The translations under genes and the position numbers were made by a program. Below, piece after piece: positions 26,365 through 39,136 of a stretch of DNA of 64,000 nucleotides. Positions within the stretch are counted from its first letter, which is position 1, and every line of letters starts with the position of its first letter. This DNA comes from Octopus sinensis. Its lineage: Eukaryota. The stretch is taken from positions 193,750,001 through 193,814,000 of the forward strand of contig NC_042998.1 of assembly GCF_006345805.1 (NCBI RefSeq). The letters run 5' to 3'. The notes below the pieces were generated by a model. That model saw only the letters and a list, made by a program, of their open reading frames with translations, had not been told where the DNA came from and ran no database searches.

Positions 26365-26792
26365 CTAGCACTATGATCCGGCAACGACGGGTCATAGTGC
26401 TAGTCTGACATAAAATAGAGAATTGGTTTTGTTTCACTTTTAACACGTAATACTGAAATAGTGGAGAAGATATGATATTGCTATGGGCTCGCCCTAGGCA
26501 AGAAGTTGAACATTTTTTTGCCCATGAAACTAGATGGACCCTAAGTAAGGCATGTGTAAAATTTGAATGAAATTGGTTGTGTAGTTCTCAAGTTTTAGGG
26601 AATCATAGTGGAGATGATATTGCTGTGGGCTTGCTCTAGGCAAAAAGTTTTTAAAATTTTTTGCCGATGACACCCCCCGGACCCTAAGTAAGGCATGTGT
26701 AAAATTTGAATGAAATTGGTTGTGTAGTTCTCAAGTTTTAGGGAAACACACAGACAGACAGACACACATTCTCAGTTTTATATATAGAGAGA
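26365..26792 (-). mobile_element. Non-autonomous Helitron with internal duplication of about 140 bp
   Basis: Minus strand 5' TCTCTATATATAAAACTGAG and 3' CTAG. Terminal palindrome ACTAGCACTATGA-N15-TCATAGTGCTAGT (26364-26404). Confidence 0.8.
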
Positions 26793-27203
26793 TAGATTAA
26801 CACTGCCGGATAGCCTGGTATTTATTGACAACATCTAAGAGGACTGAAATAAGTAGTTAAGGAGTCTGTCACCAAGAAACACTTTGAATTGCTTACAACG
26901 TACATTTATTGAAGGGTCACGCACCTTCTAATTTCTCCATGTGTCCAATGGATAAACCTTTCGTCCTGAGTCAATGATGGCTCCCTTACATGATCGTTCG
27001 ATCTTGAAAAAATCGTTGTTAAATAGCCCTCAGATTATACTCTTATTGCTTTAATATATCTATAAATACTTCAGAAAGGGCTTTAAATTCGAATGAAGGG
27101 AATAAATCGACCTCGATACTTGAATGGTATTTGTTATCTGCCAGTCTGTCCCCAGCTTTCTATATATTAATTGACATGGCCGTTAACGTGTCGGACGCCA
27201 AGT

Positions 27204-27575
27204 CTTACTTACTTACTTTTACATGTGGTGACATTCACCCTGGGCGGGTTGAGTCGGTTTCTTCCTTGGAAGAGGTTTAGTGAGAAAATGTGGATTTCAC
27301 AAGCGGTCCCCAACAATCCTTCATGTGGAGACATCCTGTTTGCCGCAGATTGTCCGCAGACTCAGGGACAGAACGACCGAGGAGCTGCCGGTTGCCGAAA
27401 CAGACACTCCGAGGATTTTCACCAGAGCCCCGTCTGCCGGGTTGTGGCCCTAATACCACTCGGTGTCAGACCAATCCGCCTTGGGTGGCCCTACCAGGAA
27501 CCGAAGTTCCCGACGGCATAGCTGTGACACTACCCGTTGCAAGCGTCCCCACCACGGTGAGGAGGGGATGGACTT
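27204..27575 (-). mobile_element. Short RTE-related element: RTE 5'-UTR-like head plus (TAAG)n tail
   Basis: Minus strand CACCGTGGTGGGGACGCTTGC...AGCTATGCCGTCGGG...GGTAGGGCCACCCAAGGCGG resembles BovB/RTE 5' UTRs. Ends GTAAAAGTAAGTAAGTAAG. Confidence 0.6.
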
Positions 27576-29169
27576 TACAGTGTTTAGTAACGGCCTTTTA
27601 AGTTCAAATGCTACCGAATTCAAATTTTGCCTTTGTTACTTCCGGGGTCGATAAAATAAAGCTCCTATAAATTACTGAGATATAAGTAACTATATCTCTC
27701 CCCAAAATTGGAAGCCTTCTGCCTATGCTGCAAATCAATACTGATTTCCAGTATATGAACAAAGCCTCTAATAGTGGGAAGTGATATTAGCTGATTAGAT
27801 CGAGACGGTACCAGAACGAAACTCAGAACACAAAAATATGGGAATAAATAGCATAAGGCTTTCTGTCTAGCGCTCTACCGATTCTGCCAAACTTCTAAGC
27901 TAACATAAATCTGACGTTTTGCAGAAAAAATTTCAGTAGAATTAAATACTTATATTTATTCCAGTCAACACACAGCATAAACATTGTTAAATGAAAAGAA
28001 AAACAGTTGTTTTTTCCAACTATTTCTGGTGGTGCTTAACTTGATATATTATCAGCTTATCTAATACTTTATCAGATAAGCTAATATGGTATTCCAAGTA
28101 TATGAACTCTGAATAAATAACAAGAACTGCTTTAAAAATTCGAAATGAAATTACGTTCAGAATATAGTGAAAACTAATTTTAACCGATATTTAGCAGTCC
28201 TAACATTTTTTATACCATCTGCAGTGAAAGCTGAAGATTTGTTTGGTTTATACAATGTATGATTTACTTATACTGAGATTTTTAAGAATGCGTGAGAGGC
28301 ATTTATATTAGATATTTCTAAGTAAAATTTGAATTATATATAAGATACAAACTATATCTGATCCTCTTATTTCCAATGCGATAAAAATTACGTTTTCGTA
28401 AATAAATTTAAATAATTGGCATTTTGCATAATAATAGGTCTAAATTTTGTTTTTATAGAAGTTACTGAATTTTATCAAGTAATTATTAAATTCGATTGAA
28501 TTATTTTTTAAAATTCAACTTGGATATTGCCGAAAGATAAATCTCTATAAATGAATATTATTTATATACACCTGATGATTTAACTTTTTCATAGTTTTCA
28601 GTTGGCTATGTATTTTTACGAGGAACAAATAAAAATAGCCTCTGTTATTGTCTTTAACAAAATGACCGTATTGAAAGAGACTAAATTTTCTAATTGAGTA
28701 TGAGGTGGAAGTGAAGATGTCGGGTGAAATTAAACTTGCCGTAAGAGTATATATTTTGATGCCATTATCATTTCTTGTGTTATCATTAGCCAATATTAAA
28801 TGAACAAACATTATACTGAAAAAAATTAAATTAGGTAATTAATTTGACGAGAAATAATAGTATTTCAGGGCATAATATAAAATGTTATTCTATTTCAGTT
28901 CAAAAATTAATTCTGTAATTTTTAAGCATTGCTTCCATTTTTAGAAGGTGCAGCAAATTTCTGCTTTCAAATTATAACATATTATTGACTGGTATGTGTA
29001 TTGATTTCTAACAATGGCACAAAGTTACGAATTTTGCTGGAATGAACAGACAAATATATCGACCCCAATATTTGACTGGTACATATTTATCGATTCTGGA
29101 AGAATGAAAACAAAACCGACTCTACACAGTTTAAATACCAGAACGTAAACGGACGTCGCTAAGTAATAT

Positions 29170-29888
29170 ACTGTATTGTGTTCGCTTCCATTACTTTACT
29201 GCCCCATTCATTGGTAGACATTTGGCACCCATGCCAACCTCCCTTCATTGAACACTAAACTCTGCTTGCGAAGACCTGTTGGGGCGAGTGAAATTGAAAT
29301 TTAACCAAATTCGATGAGTGGCACCCGTGTCAGTGGAGCGCTAACAGCTCTATCCGAGCGGGACCACTACCAGAGCAGTTGTCTGGCTTCCGTGCCGTTT
29401 GGCACGTAAAAGGCACCTTTTGAGCATGATCTTTACCAGCGTCGCCTTACTGGTACTTGTACCGGTGGCACTTGAACAAAACATTCGAGCGAGGTCGTTG
29501 CCAGTGCCGCTGGACTGACTCCTGTGCAGGTGGCAAGTAAAGAAACACCGTTTCGACCCTGTGCTTGAGGAGACCTATTGAGTCAAGTACATCAACATCA
29601 AAAATCAAATGGAAATTGTAGTTGTGATACCTTTGCCGGTGGCACGTAAAAAGCACCATCCGAACGTGGCCGATGCCAGCGCCGCCTTGACTGGCTTCCG
29701 TGCCAGTGGAACGTAAAAAGCACCCACTACACTCACGGGGTGGTTGGCGTTAGGAAGGGCATCCAGCTGTAGAAACACTGCCAGATCAGACTGGAGCTTG
29801 GTGCAGCCTCCTGCCTTCCCAGACCCCGGTCGAGCCGTCCAACCCGTGCTAGCACGGAAAACGGACGTTAAGCGATGATGATGATGAT
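29170..29888 (+). mobile_element. Non-autonomous retroposon with internal degenerate tandem motif and (GAT)n tail
   Basis: About six copies of CTGGCTTCCGTGCCGGTGGCACGTAAAAAGCACC-like motif. 3' end GTGGTTGGCGTTAGGAAGGGCATCCAGCTGTAGAAAC...(GAT)n is RTE-type. Confidence 0.65.
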
Positions 29889-30166
29889 ACAAGTTTTTTT
29901 TTACATTAATTATTTTAATTTGCTCTCAGTTTCCTATTGTTTTATTATCATAGACATTATATTTCATTTATATTAAGGCCACATTTATATACACAGTAGC
30001 TCGATATTTCTTATTCTTACATGATACTCATACACAATCAGGCACACGCAAACACTCTGACAGATACACACAGACACACATACGAGAAACTTATGCAATT
30101 ATATCATATATATATATAATAATGATAATTATATATATATATATATCATATATATTGTATGTATGC

Positions 30167-30219
<53 letters not shown>

Positions 30220-30262
30220 CAGATAGATAGATAGATAGAAAGATAGATACATACATACATGT

Positions 30263-30477
30263 CTTTATTGCCCACAAGGGGCTAAGCACAGAGGGGACAA
30301 ACAAAGGCAGACAAAGGGATTAAGTCGATTACATCGACCCCAGTGCGTAACTGGTACTTTATTTATCGACCCCGAAAGGATGAAAGGCAAAGTCGACCTC
30401 GGCAGAATTTGAACTCAGAACGTAACGGCAGACGAAATACCGCTAAGCATTTCGCCCGGCGTGCTAACATTTCTGCC
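30263..30477 (-). mobile_element. SINE-A monomer
   Basis: Same head, core and tail; abuts (GATA)n/(CATA)n. Confidence 0.9.
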
Positions 30478-30550
30478 TTACATACATACATAGATATATA
30501 ATTTATCTTGTGCGTAGATCGGGACTTGCCGTTACTCACAAATTTAAAGA

Positions 30551-30616
<66 letters not shown>

Positions 30617-31332
30617 GTGTGTATGCGTGCATGTGTGTGTGTGAGTGTGTGCGTGTGTTTCATAGCGCAGTCGCCAAAGCTGAAACCAGATCATACAGAA
30701 TCAAGAGAGATCAACGCAATTTGCTTAAACGTTGCAGTTATCACAATCGCTGGGGATTGCTTGTTTAGTATTAGTTTCCAGGTGGTCAGCAAAGCAACTG
30801 ACATTAACAAAAATTTATTTTTTCGGTTGTCTTTCCATAAATGAGAAATAAAAACCTTCTAAATACATCAGGCATTTCATCCGTTTGTGTGCATTAGACC
30901 GTCTACAGGTTTTTCTTCAATATCTTTTATTGTGCATAAATAATACACCATTTTCTTCGTCTCCCCGATGAGTTTCTGTTGGATACATTTTCAGTTAAAT
31001 TACTGCTATTACTGTTGATGTGGAATAATCCATTGTTTTTTGTTGAGAATACAGAGATGTTTATGTTCTTCCTAGACACAGTGACTAGTTCAGTTAGTTA
31101 CGTAACGATAATTTTTTATCTTTTACATTTTGCTGAAGATCTATTAATGCGCACGAAGCCTTCTAATTCTTCACTCTGGCAACCATTTGAAACAATTTCT
31201 TGTCTTTTTTTTTTAATCATTTTTTATCATTGTTATTGTAGGTTTACTTACAAATTAATGTTGTTTAAATATCGGAATTTTTCATAACGATATAGGTTAA
31301 ACAAAATCTAGATCGATCGAAATTATCAATTG

Positions 31333-31371
<39 letters not shown>

Positions 31372-31574
31372 TAATCCAAACATGAAAACACAAAGAGAAA
31401 ACACAACAACGCGAGGACGTGAAACAAATATAGTATTATTGGACGCTCAGGAAGGAAGGGAATAAGGAGGGTTTTATGTTTCGAGCGGAGCTCTTCGTCA
31501 GAAACATAGGAAAAGGAAAGATCCAGAGAAGGGAAAACGGAGGGGAAAAAATCGCCAACGGTACACACGCGGTC

Positions 31575-31797
31575 CGAGCTGGCAGAAACGTTAGCACGCC
31601 GGGCGAAATGTGTAGCCGTATTTCGTCTGCCGTTACGTTCTGAGTTCAAATTCCGCCGAGGTCGACTTTGCTTTTCATCCTTTCGGGGTCGATAAATTAA
31701 GTACCAGTTACGCACTGGGGTCGATGTAATCGACTTAATCCATTTGTCTGTCCTTGTTTGTCTCCTCTATGTTTAGCCTCTTGAGGGTAGTAAAGAA

Positions 31798-31799
<2 letters not shown>
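31575..31799 (+). mobile_element. SINE-A monomer
   Basis: Same consensus; tail runs into (TA)n. Confidence 0.9.
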
Positions 31800-31839
<40 letters not shown>

Positions 31840-32105
31840 CACGTGAGTAAGATTCTATGATGTGTCTTTGAGTGTGTCCCCACTCATACGTGTATGTAAT
31901 ATATAAGTGTGTGGGGGGTGCATGCATCTCAGTGTATGTGCATGTGTGTACGCGTATGCGTGAACAAACATCATATTCAAGCATATTTTTTTGTCCAATG
32001 GGACACTGAGATGTAAATGAATTTACAAAACTATTCCCTGAGACTGTTACATTTTTCACAACTGATTTACGCTACCAATGCCATATGTTTCCAATTTTAC
32101 ATGTA

Positions 32106-32144
<39 letters not shown>

Positions 32145-32279
32145 GTGTGTGCGCGCGCGCGCGTGTGTGTGTGCATACAGGTGTCTCAGTATGAATGCAT
32201 GTGGCTTGGTATATATGTACACACACACATGCATGCATATATATATAATAAGAAATCTGGTTTCAGGCATTAACAAACG

Positions 32280-32785
32280 GGTATCTAAATTCTCGGCCAA
32301 CTAGGAGGTCTTTGATAGGGCCGTCCCTACTACAACAATGCTTTGACCAGAAGCAGATTTACTGAGAAGCTCACGTGTGTGGAAGATCCCCAAAACCCAT
32401 TTCTTCACCCCAAGAGGATTATGAAAAGGATAATTTTCTGGTTTAACTCTCCCATTCAATCTGGAAGTTTCTACCAACGTAGCTAGGGGCTTCCTGTCGT
32501 TAATAAAGAAATATTTCGCCAGGGGTCATAAGTATTGCAAACTCTACAACTTCCATAACGTCAAGTTGAGCTACTCCTGCTTAGACAACTTCGAATCTAA
32601 CATCACACGCATCAACATATTTTAAAATGCACCCGCACAAACCCCAATCGCAACCTGCAGTTGTCGAAACCCCACCACCTGCCCTCTAAAAGGAGACTGC
32701 TTCTCAAGGACCATAGTATACAGAGCCAGCCTTACACCATCCGATGGCATCACTAGGCTCTATACCAATATAACAGCCAATGACT
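32280..32785 (+). pseudogene. Penelope-like element RT-thumb/linker fragment
   Basis: RVSKFSAN; IIFWFN(P)PFNLEVSTNVARGFLSLIKKYF; NVKLSYSCLDN; CSCRNPTTCPLKGDCFSRTIVYRA. Confidence 0.8.
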
Positions 32786-32859
32786 TCATTATTTGACCAA
32801 TATATTGATTACTGCACCCTAAGCACAGTTGAAATTTCATTTAATCTTAAATTTTGGCG

Positions 32860-33200
32860 GGTACAGAGCTCTACTTTTATCAAGGTGAAATATTTCAGAT
32901 TAAATCAAATTTCACCTGTGCCTCGGAAAACCTAATCTATGCCATTACCAGCTTAGGGTGCGGTAATCAATATATTGGTCAAACAGGAATATCACTCCGT
33001 CGAAGAACTACCCTTCACAAAGAACAAATCCGCCACCCACAATACAGACAGATACAGGTCAGCGAACACATAGATAGGTGTGCTAAGAACTTGAATCCTA
33101 ATTTCTTAATTTTCCTCTTCTATCAATGTTCACAGAACACCTCAGTACAGTAAAGAATAAATAAAGAAGCAACTTTCATCAAATAATATCATACACTCCT
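32860..33200 (+). pseudogene. Penelope-like GIY-YIG endonuclease fragment
   Basis: FQIKSNFTCASENLIYAITSLGCGNQYIGQTGISLRRRTTLHKEQIR...VSEHIDRC (IY...YIG motif). Confidence 0.85.
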
Positions 33201-33899
33201 TAACATGAACACAACATAATACAGAACACTACTAACCTTACCAATAATACCACTAACACCCTTACATTCCTTATACCACTCATATTACTGTATTATATCA
33301 ACCCTAATTGCATCACGTCCATAACTACTTACCTACCTTGCACAATCTTTTTACTCAGCGACTAGTAGACCCGACAGCGTTTGCTAATCGGTGCGCATTC
33401 AAAGCCAGTAAACAGCAATGACGACGCTAGTTTAACTTTGAATCTCTTTAACAATTCAAAATAATGAATTTAATTCCTCTTCTACCTCAATTCATCTAAT
33501 TGTATTTATTTATCGCTACTTTTCATAAAAAAGCCTTAACTTTTTTGATATTCAATGTGCATTTTCGCTTTTTTCTTCTTAATTGCTGGTACTTATTTGA
33601 TTGACCTCGAAAGGATGAAAGACAAGGTCGATCTCGGCTGAATTTGAACCCCAGACGAAATAACACTAATCATTTCGCCCGGCGTGCTAACGATTCTGCC
33701 AGCTCGCCGCCATACAGTACAGACCGTAATATTAATTAACAAATAAATGACAAATGAACTGAGATTACGTAGCCACATTCATTAGCTTAAAACTGTTTCT
33801 GCTATAAGAAACGATGTACTCAGATTCGAGTACCAGTGCAATTTGAATAAAGTGTTTCGTTATTGACAAAAGTATTTAAATACATATAGTTGGGCACAT

Positions 33900-34245
33900 A
33901 TAGACAGACGCGTAATGGTGACCCCCTTCGGTCAGACACAGACCATGGGTTTGCACCTAGAGAGTTACCCTCTGAGGCACGAGTCTGGGCAAGGTTGTTT
34001 TATGGAAGACCAGCAGCCGCCCATGCATACCGGCCTCTCCTCCCCACGTCACCGATGTTGTCCAAGGGAAAGGCAAGGGCCGATACAGCTTGGCACCTGT
34101 GACGTCGCAACTCATTTCTACAGCTGAGTGAACTGGAGCAACGTGAAATAGTGTCTTGCTCAAGAACACAGCACGTAGCCCGGTCCGGGATTCGAGCTCA
34201 CAACCTCACGATCATAAGCTCGACGCTCTAACCACTGAGCCACGC
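33900..34245 (-). mobile_element. Second CORE-type tRNA SINE family
   Basis: Minus strand GCGTGGCTCAGTGGTTAGAGCG...GAGCTCGAATCCCGG, then GTGTTCTTGAGCAAGACAC...CAGCTGTAGAAATGAGT (CORE-like). Confidence 0.8.
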
Positions 34246-34509
34246 AATACATTTAATTACATATGAGAATAAATTACTGAGAGATAAGTACCGAAGAGGC
34301 ATGAACGTAGACCCACATAGACAGGCAACGAAACAAATGTCTGCGTATGCATGTGTGTGTGTGTGTGTATTAAGTGTTCGTTTCTCTTTTTGTCTTCTGC
34401 AATTTTATTTTTGAATCTTCTATATATTTGAAGAATTTTCCTCCGTCTGGCTGTTTTTCTCTCTACAAAACGGAAAGTTACATTATGGAATAGTCATTTT
34501 AACGAGATT

Positions 34510-34874
34510 TTTTTTTAATATTTATCACCCGACGAGATACATCTGCACCACCGGATACTCCTGAACCAGTTTTTGTGTGTCCCACAAGAGGAGTCGATGC
34601 TAGATGTGTCCAAACAATTGTTGTGATTAATAATATATTCTCGTATATTCCATCTTCTGTCTTTCATTTGTCGCCATGATAGATCGGTAGCCACTACACA
34701 CATTTTTTCTCTCCTTGTTTCTCTCCTTTTATTCTGTGTCCCTTTCTGTAGAAGAGCGAAGGCTCGAAACGTAAAAAACTTTTTCAATTCCTGAGCGTTA
34801 TACTAATACATCTGTTTGTTTTCTACACCACCTGTCTTCGTCTTTTGTTTTTTTTTTGTTTTTTCGTGAACTCT

Positions 34875-34880
<6 letters not shown>
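34510..34880 (+). mobile_element. Penelope pseudo-LTR-like remnant with degenerate hammerhead
   Basis: TTT CTGTAGA A GAGC-GAAG-GCTC GAAAC GTA AAA at 34743-34776 (A6 changed to T; loopless palindromic stem III ACGT). Confidence 0.5.
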
Positions 34881-34947
<67 letters not shown>

Positions 34948-35653
34948 CACTCTTACAGCCCAGATGAGTCATCTGCAAACATTACAACGAAAGCAGAGCA
35001 ACCACAATGAATTCCTTGAGATACCAACAAGAGATAGCACGCACACTGAATGAAGATCCAAGAAAAATACAACGGGCGATTGAAAATATACCGCGAAGAA
35101 ACAAGAGACATGAAACGCTGAAGGCAGTACTCATAGTTAAAGTCGCCTAAGAAGAAAGGACCAGTCCGCGTCCATATAAACTGAATATGTATATTATTGA
35201 TAATAAGCTAAATATATATAAGCAAAACATAATAAGCTAAATATAAGCTTAACGTAGTAATGGTGACTGTTTCACATACACAAAACAACGACAGCTACAA
35301 TCACAACAGCGGCGGCAGCTAAGTTTAAGCTTATTCATTTTCCTCCGAATCACATGGATTCGAGGTCTGGGGCTTTGTATAGTGACTACGTTTCAATAAA
35401 TCTTGTGTCTGTTTTCAGGCACCAACAACAACACTGTGATAATACTTTTTTTCTCTATTTATGAAGAAAAGACATTTTAAAGTAAGATATTTTTCACTGT
35501 ATGATAAGAATAGAAATGTCTATCTCCTGTGATTTTTCTTTCAATTTTATCAAGTTTTTTTTTTTTACACAAATTAAATAGTAACAAGGTGCATTGTCTA
35601 GTATTTATATACATCAACATTTTTATTTTTATTTTCTGTGTGTGTGTGTGTGT

Positions 35654-35696
<43 letters not shown>

Positions 35697-35949
35697 TTTC
35701 AAACAGAAACTTCAACACAAAACTTCCATAATGGAATCTATTGGAGTAATTTCAATATATCAATACATTGCATTGTGCCGCTAATAAGCTGCGCTAACGA
35801 CCGCGAGCACGATCACGACAACAACGGCTACTACATTCATGGCGAAGGCGGAGGCGGGAGCAACGGTGGCGGCGACGGCTGCGGCGACGGCTGCGATGGT
35901 GGTGATGGCGGCGGCGGCAGAGAAAGAGAAAGAATGAATGAAAAATATG

Positions 35950-35959
35950 ACAGAATAAA

Positions 35960-36009
<50 letters not shown>

Positions 36010-36068
36010 TAACAATAATAATAATAATAATAATAATGATAATAATAATAATGATAATAATAATAATA

Positions 36069-36114
<46 letters not shown>

Positions 36115-36199
36115 GGATGATGATGATGATGATGATAATAATAATAATACCAATAATAATAATAATAATAGCAATAATAATAATAATAATAATAATAAC

Positions 36200-36237
<38 letters not shown>

Positions 36238-36383
36238 TAATAACAATAACAATTACAATAATAATAATAATAATAACAACAATAATAATAAAAATAATAA
36301 TAATAATAACAATAATAATAATAATAATAATAATAATGATAATAATAATAACAACAACAACAACAACAACAAACAACAACAAC

Positions 36384-36426
<43 letters not shown>

Positions 36427-36510
36427 GTAATAATAATAATAATAATATGACAGGAAAAATACCAAGGAATATGATGATAATGACGACGACGGTGGCGGCG
36501 GCGGCGGCGG
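35950..36510. repeat. Compound trinucleotide microsatellite (ATA/ATG/ACA/GCG)
   Basis: Direct reading. Confidence 0.95.
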
Positions 36511-37545
36511 CGGCGATGGTGTTCATGTTACCGTTACTCGTCGAAAGATTTTCTTCCTCTATTAGGATAAATACATTTCAAAAGTATTTATCTCAATTAC
36601 AATATGGCAGACTGTTGTCTTCTGAATTGACAAGTTTCGACTGAGGATGTCAGTTTTTTAGCTTGTTCAGATGAAATGAAAGGAAAAGAAAAAAAAAACA
36701 ATTAAATAAAATAATTTGAAGCCGTGTTCCGTATTTTACATTAACTTTATGACTTGCTACTACCGAAGATTCTAATTAGATTTGAAATTCTATTTGATTG
36801 AAATATCAATTTACTGATTTCTTAAGATCCAGCTTTTATGTCTAAGTATTTATATTTATTTACATATATGGAAATGGAAAAGAAACATATATACCAGTGT
36901 GTATCTGCAAGTATTTATGAATGAAGGAAGGAAGGGAGGAAGGAAGGGAGGAAGGAAGGAATGAATCTGTGTATGAATATGTGCATGTATTGTAAGTATG
37001 GATGGATTGATGGACGGACTACTGTGTAAAGGCATAAAATGGGTGGATGGATACTAATATACATTTATGAATGCTTTTCTGGGTTTCTTTTTAAAATGTC
37101 TCGTGACTACCGAAAGAGCTTTTTCCAACTAAATAACAAAGCTTCTTCACTGAAATCTAGGAAATCATAAATCCATACGTGTATGTAACTACGTATGTAT
37201 GAATAATTTTGAATGTAAGATATAACTTTATAATAGGTAAATTTTTGTTTTATCATGAAAACTAAAGTAGGGACACTACGAAGATTTTTGCTTCCCTAAG
37301 CAGAATAGATTGATTTTATTTATTTAATTTCTAGTCTTGTTAGGCATTCAGAGAAAGAATACTGATATTCTCTCCATGGATAGATAAGCAGAGTATAGCA
37401 TTTATGCTTTATTGTGTATAGAAATTAGGACTCAACTCAACTGGTCTGTCTAATTCACATAGTAGTGCATGCACCGAGAAAAAGTATTAATTCAGTCATG
37501 ATGCACTATGCATTATTTTGAATAGTATGAAGTGCAAGATATATA

Positions 37546-37941
37546 TCTTTATATATAAAAGTGAAGTTGTGTGTCCGTCTCCTACGATTTAGATTCCTAA
37601 CTACTCCCACATTTTGCAGTGCAGTGTAACCAAAAGCGGGTATCTTTTAGTGGTGATTCATATCGAGCCCTTCTGGGTATTAGCGCGCGTCTACGATGAG
37701 TCTACGATTTAAAAAAAAATTTACCATCATTTTTTTCCCATTTTTTAATGCATTTTTTGCTATTATATAAGGGAAGTAACTCTCTAAAAATGTATTATTA
37801 AATCTCAGAACGTAAAATGCTACAGTAACACCCCCCCCCCTTGTGGTTAGCCATATTGAGATGGCTATTATACTTTACATCTCTAAAAATGCTTATATAA
37901 TTTCCCTTACAAACCCGAGCAACACCGGGCGATACTGCTAG
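37546..37941 (+). mobile_element. Non-autonomous Helitron
   Basis: Inserted A|TC...CTAG|T; subterminal hairpin CCCGAGCAACACCGGG. Confidence 0.85.
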
Positions 37942-38342
37942 TTTTAAATAAAAATGCAAATTGGATAAATCGGTTTTGCTGAGTCATAGTTTTTGTATAT
38001 ACTATAAACAGTTATTAACTAAGAACCCCTCCTGGAATATATGAATATTTCATCTCTGATGAAAGTCTAACTAGACTAGAAACTGTTCAAATTTATCTCA
38101 ATTCTTCAGCCCTCGGATTGGCAAAACCCGCTGTAACCATTTTGTTTTACTTTTGCAGCTAGAATTTTGTTTGTTAAAAAAAAAAAGGAACATACATTAC
38201 TTTACAAATTATCAAAAAATACTGCGGAATGCACTGTGAATTAATTGATCAAGTTGTAATTGCACGCACTGTTATGCAAACTAGACAGGCCAACCTCACT
38301 GAGGCTTAACTATGTAATAAGTTGCGCCCCTTATATCTCCGA

Positions 38343-38344
<2 letters not shown>

Positions 38345-38408
<64 letters not shown>

Positions 38409-38778
38409 TGTGTGTCTGTCTACTCCGATTTAGATTCCTAACTACTCCCACATTTTGCGGTGCAGTTTAACCAAAACCGGGTATCTTACAGTCGTGATCC
38501 ATATCGAGCCCTTCTGGGTATTAGCGCGCGTCTACGATGAGTCTACGATTTTAATAATAATTTACCATCATTTTTTTCCTTTTTAGTGCATAGTTTTTTA
38601 AATATAAGGGAAGTAACTCTCTAAAAATGTCTACGATGAGTCAACGATTTAAAAAAATTTACCATCATATTTTTTCCATTTTTAATGCATTTTTTTGCTA
38701 TTTTTTGCTATAACTCTGTAAAAATGCTTTATAGTTATTTCCCTTACAAACCCGAGGAACGCCGGGCGATACTGCTAG
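38345..38778 (+). mobile_element. Non-autonomous Helitron (same family)
   Basis: Homologous to 37546-37941; ends CCCGAGGAACGCCGGGCGATACTGCTAG|T; 5' end lies within (TA)n. Confidence 0.82.
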
Positions 38779-39025
38779 TATATATATAAATTAAATTAGA
38801 GATAAAACCACTATTAGGCAAATCAAACAGTGAAAAGCATAAAAAAGTATTTTCCCTGTAAGTTTGGATTTACTCCCTAATATTATCATTATTATATATA
38901 TATATATCCTTTCACCAGAAGCTTTCGTATATAGTTTGAATATTCGAATTATTGTCAGTTATGTTATTTGTCCGATGATTTCCTAAGCGTATATTTTAAT
39001 TATGAACAGACCTCAGAATGATTCT

Positions 39026-39063
<38 letters not shown>

Positions 39064-39073
39064 TGTGTGTGTG

Positions 39074-39136
<63 letters not shown>

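Noticed and set aside
35529-36644. 371-aa ORF, the longest non-LINE ORF
   Set aside because: Almost entirely trinucleotide microsatellite (poly-I/M/N); open only because the repeats lack stops.
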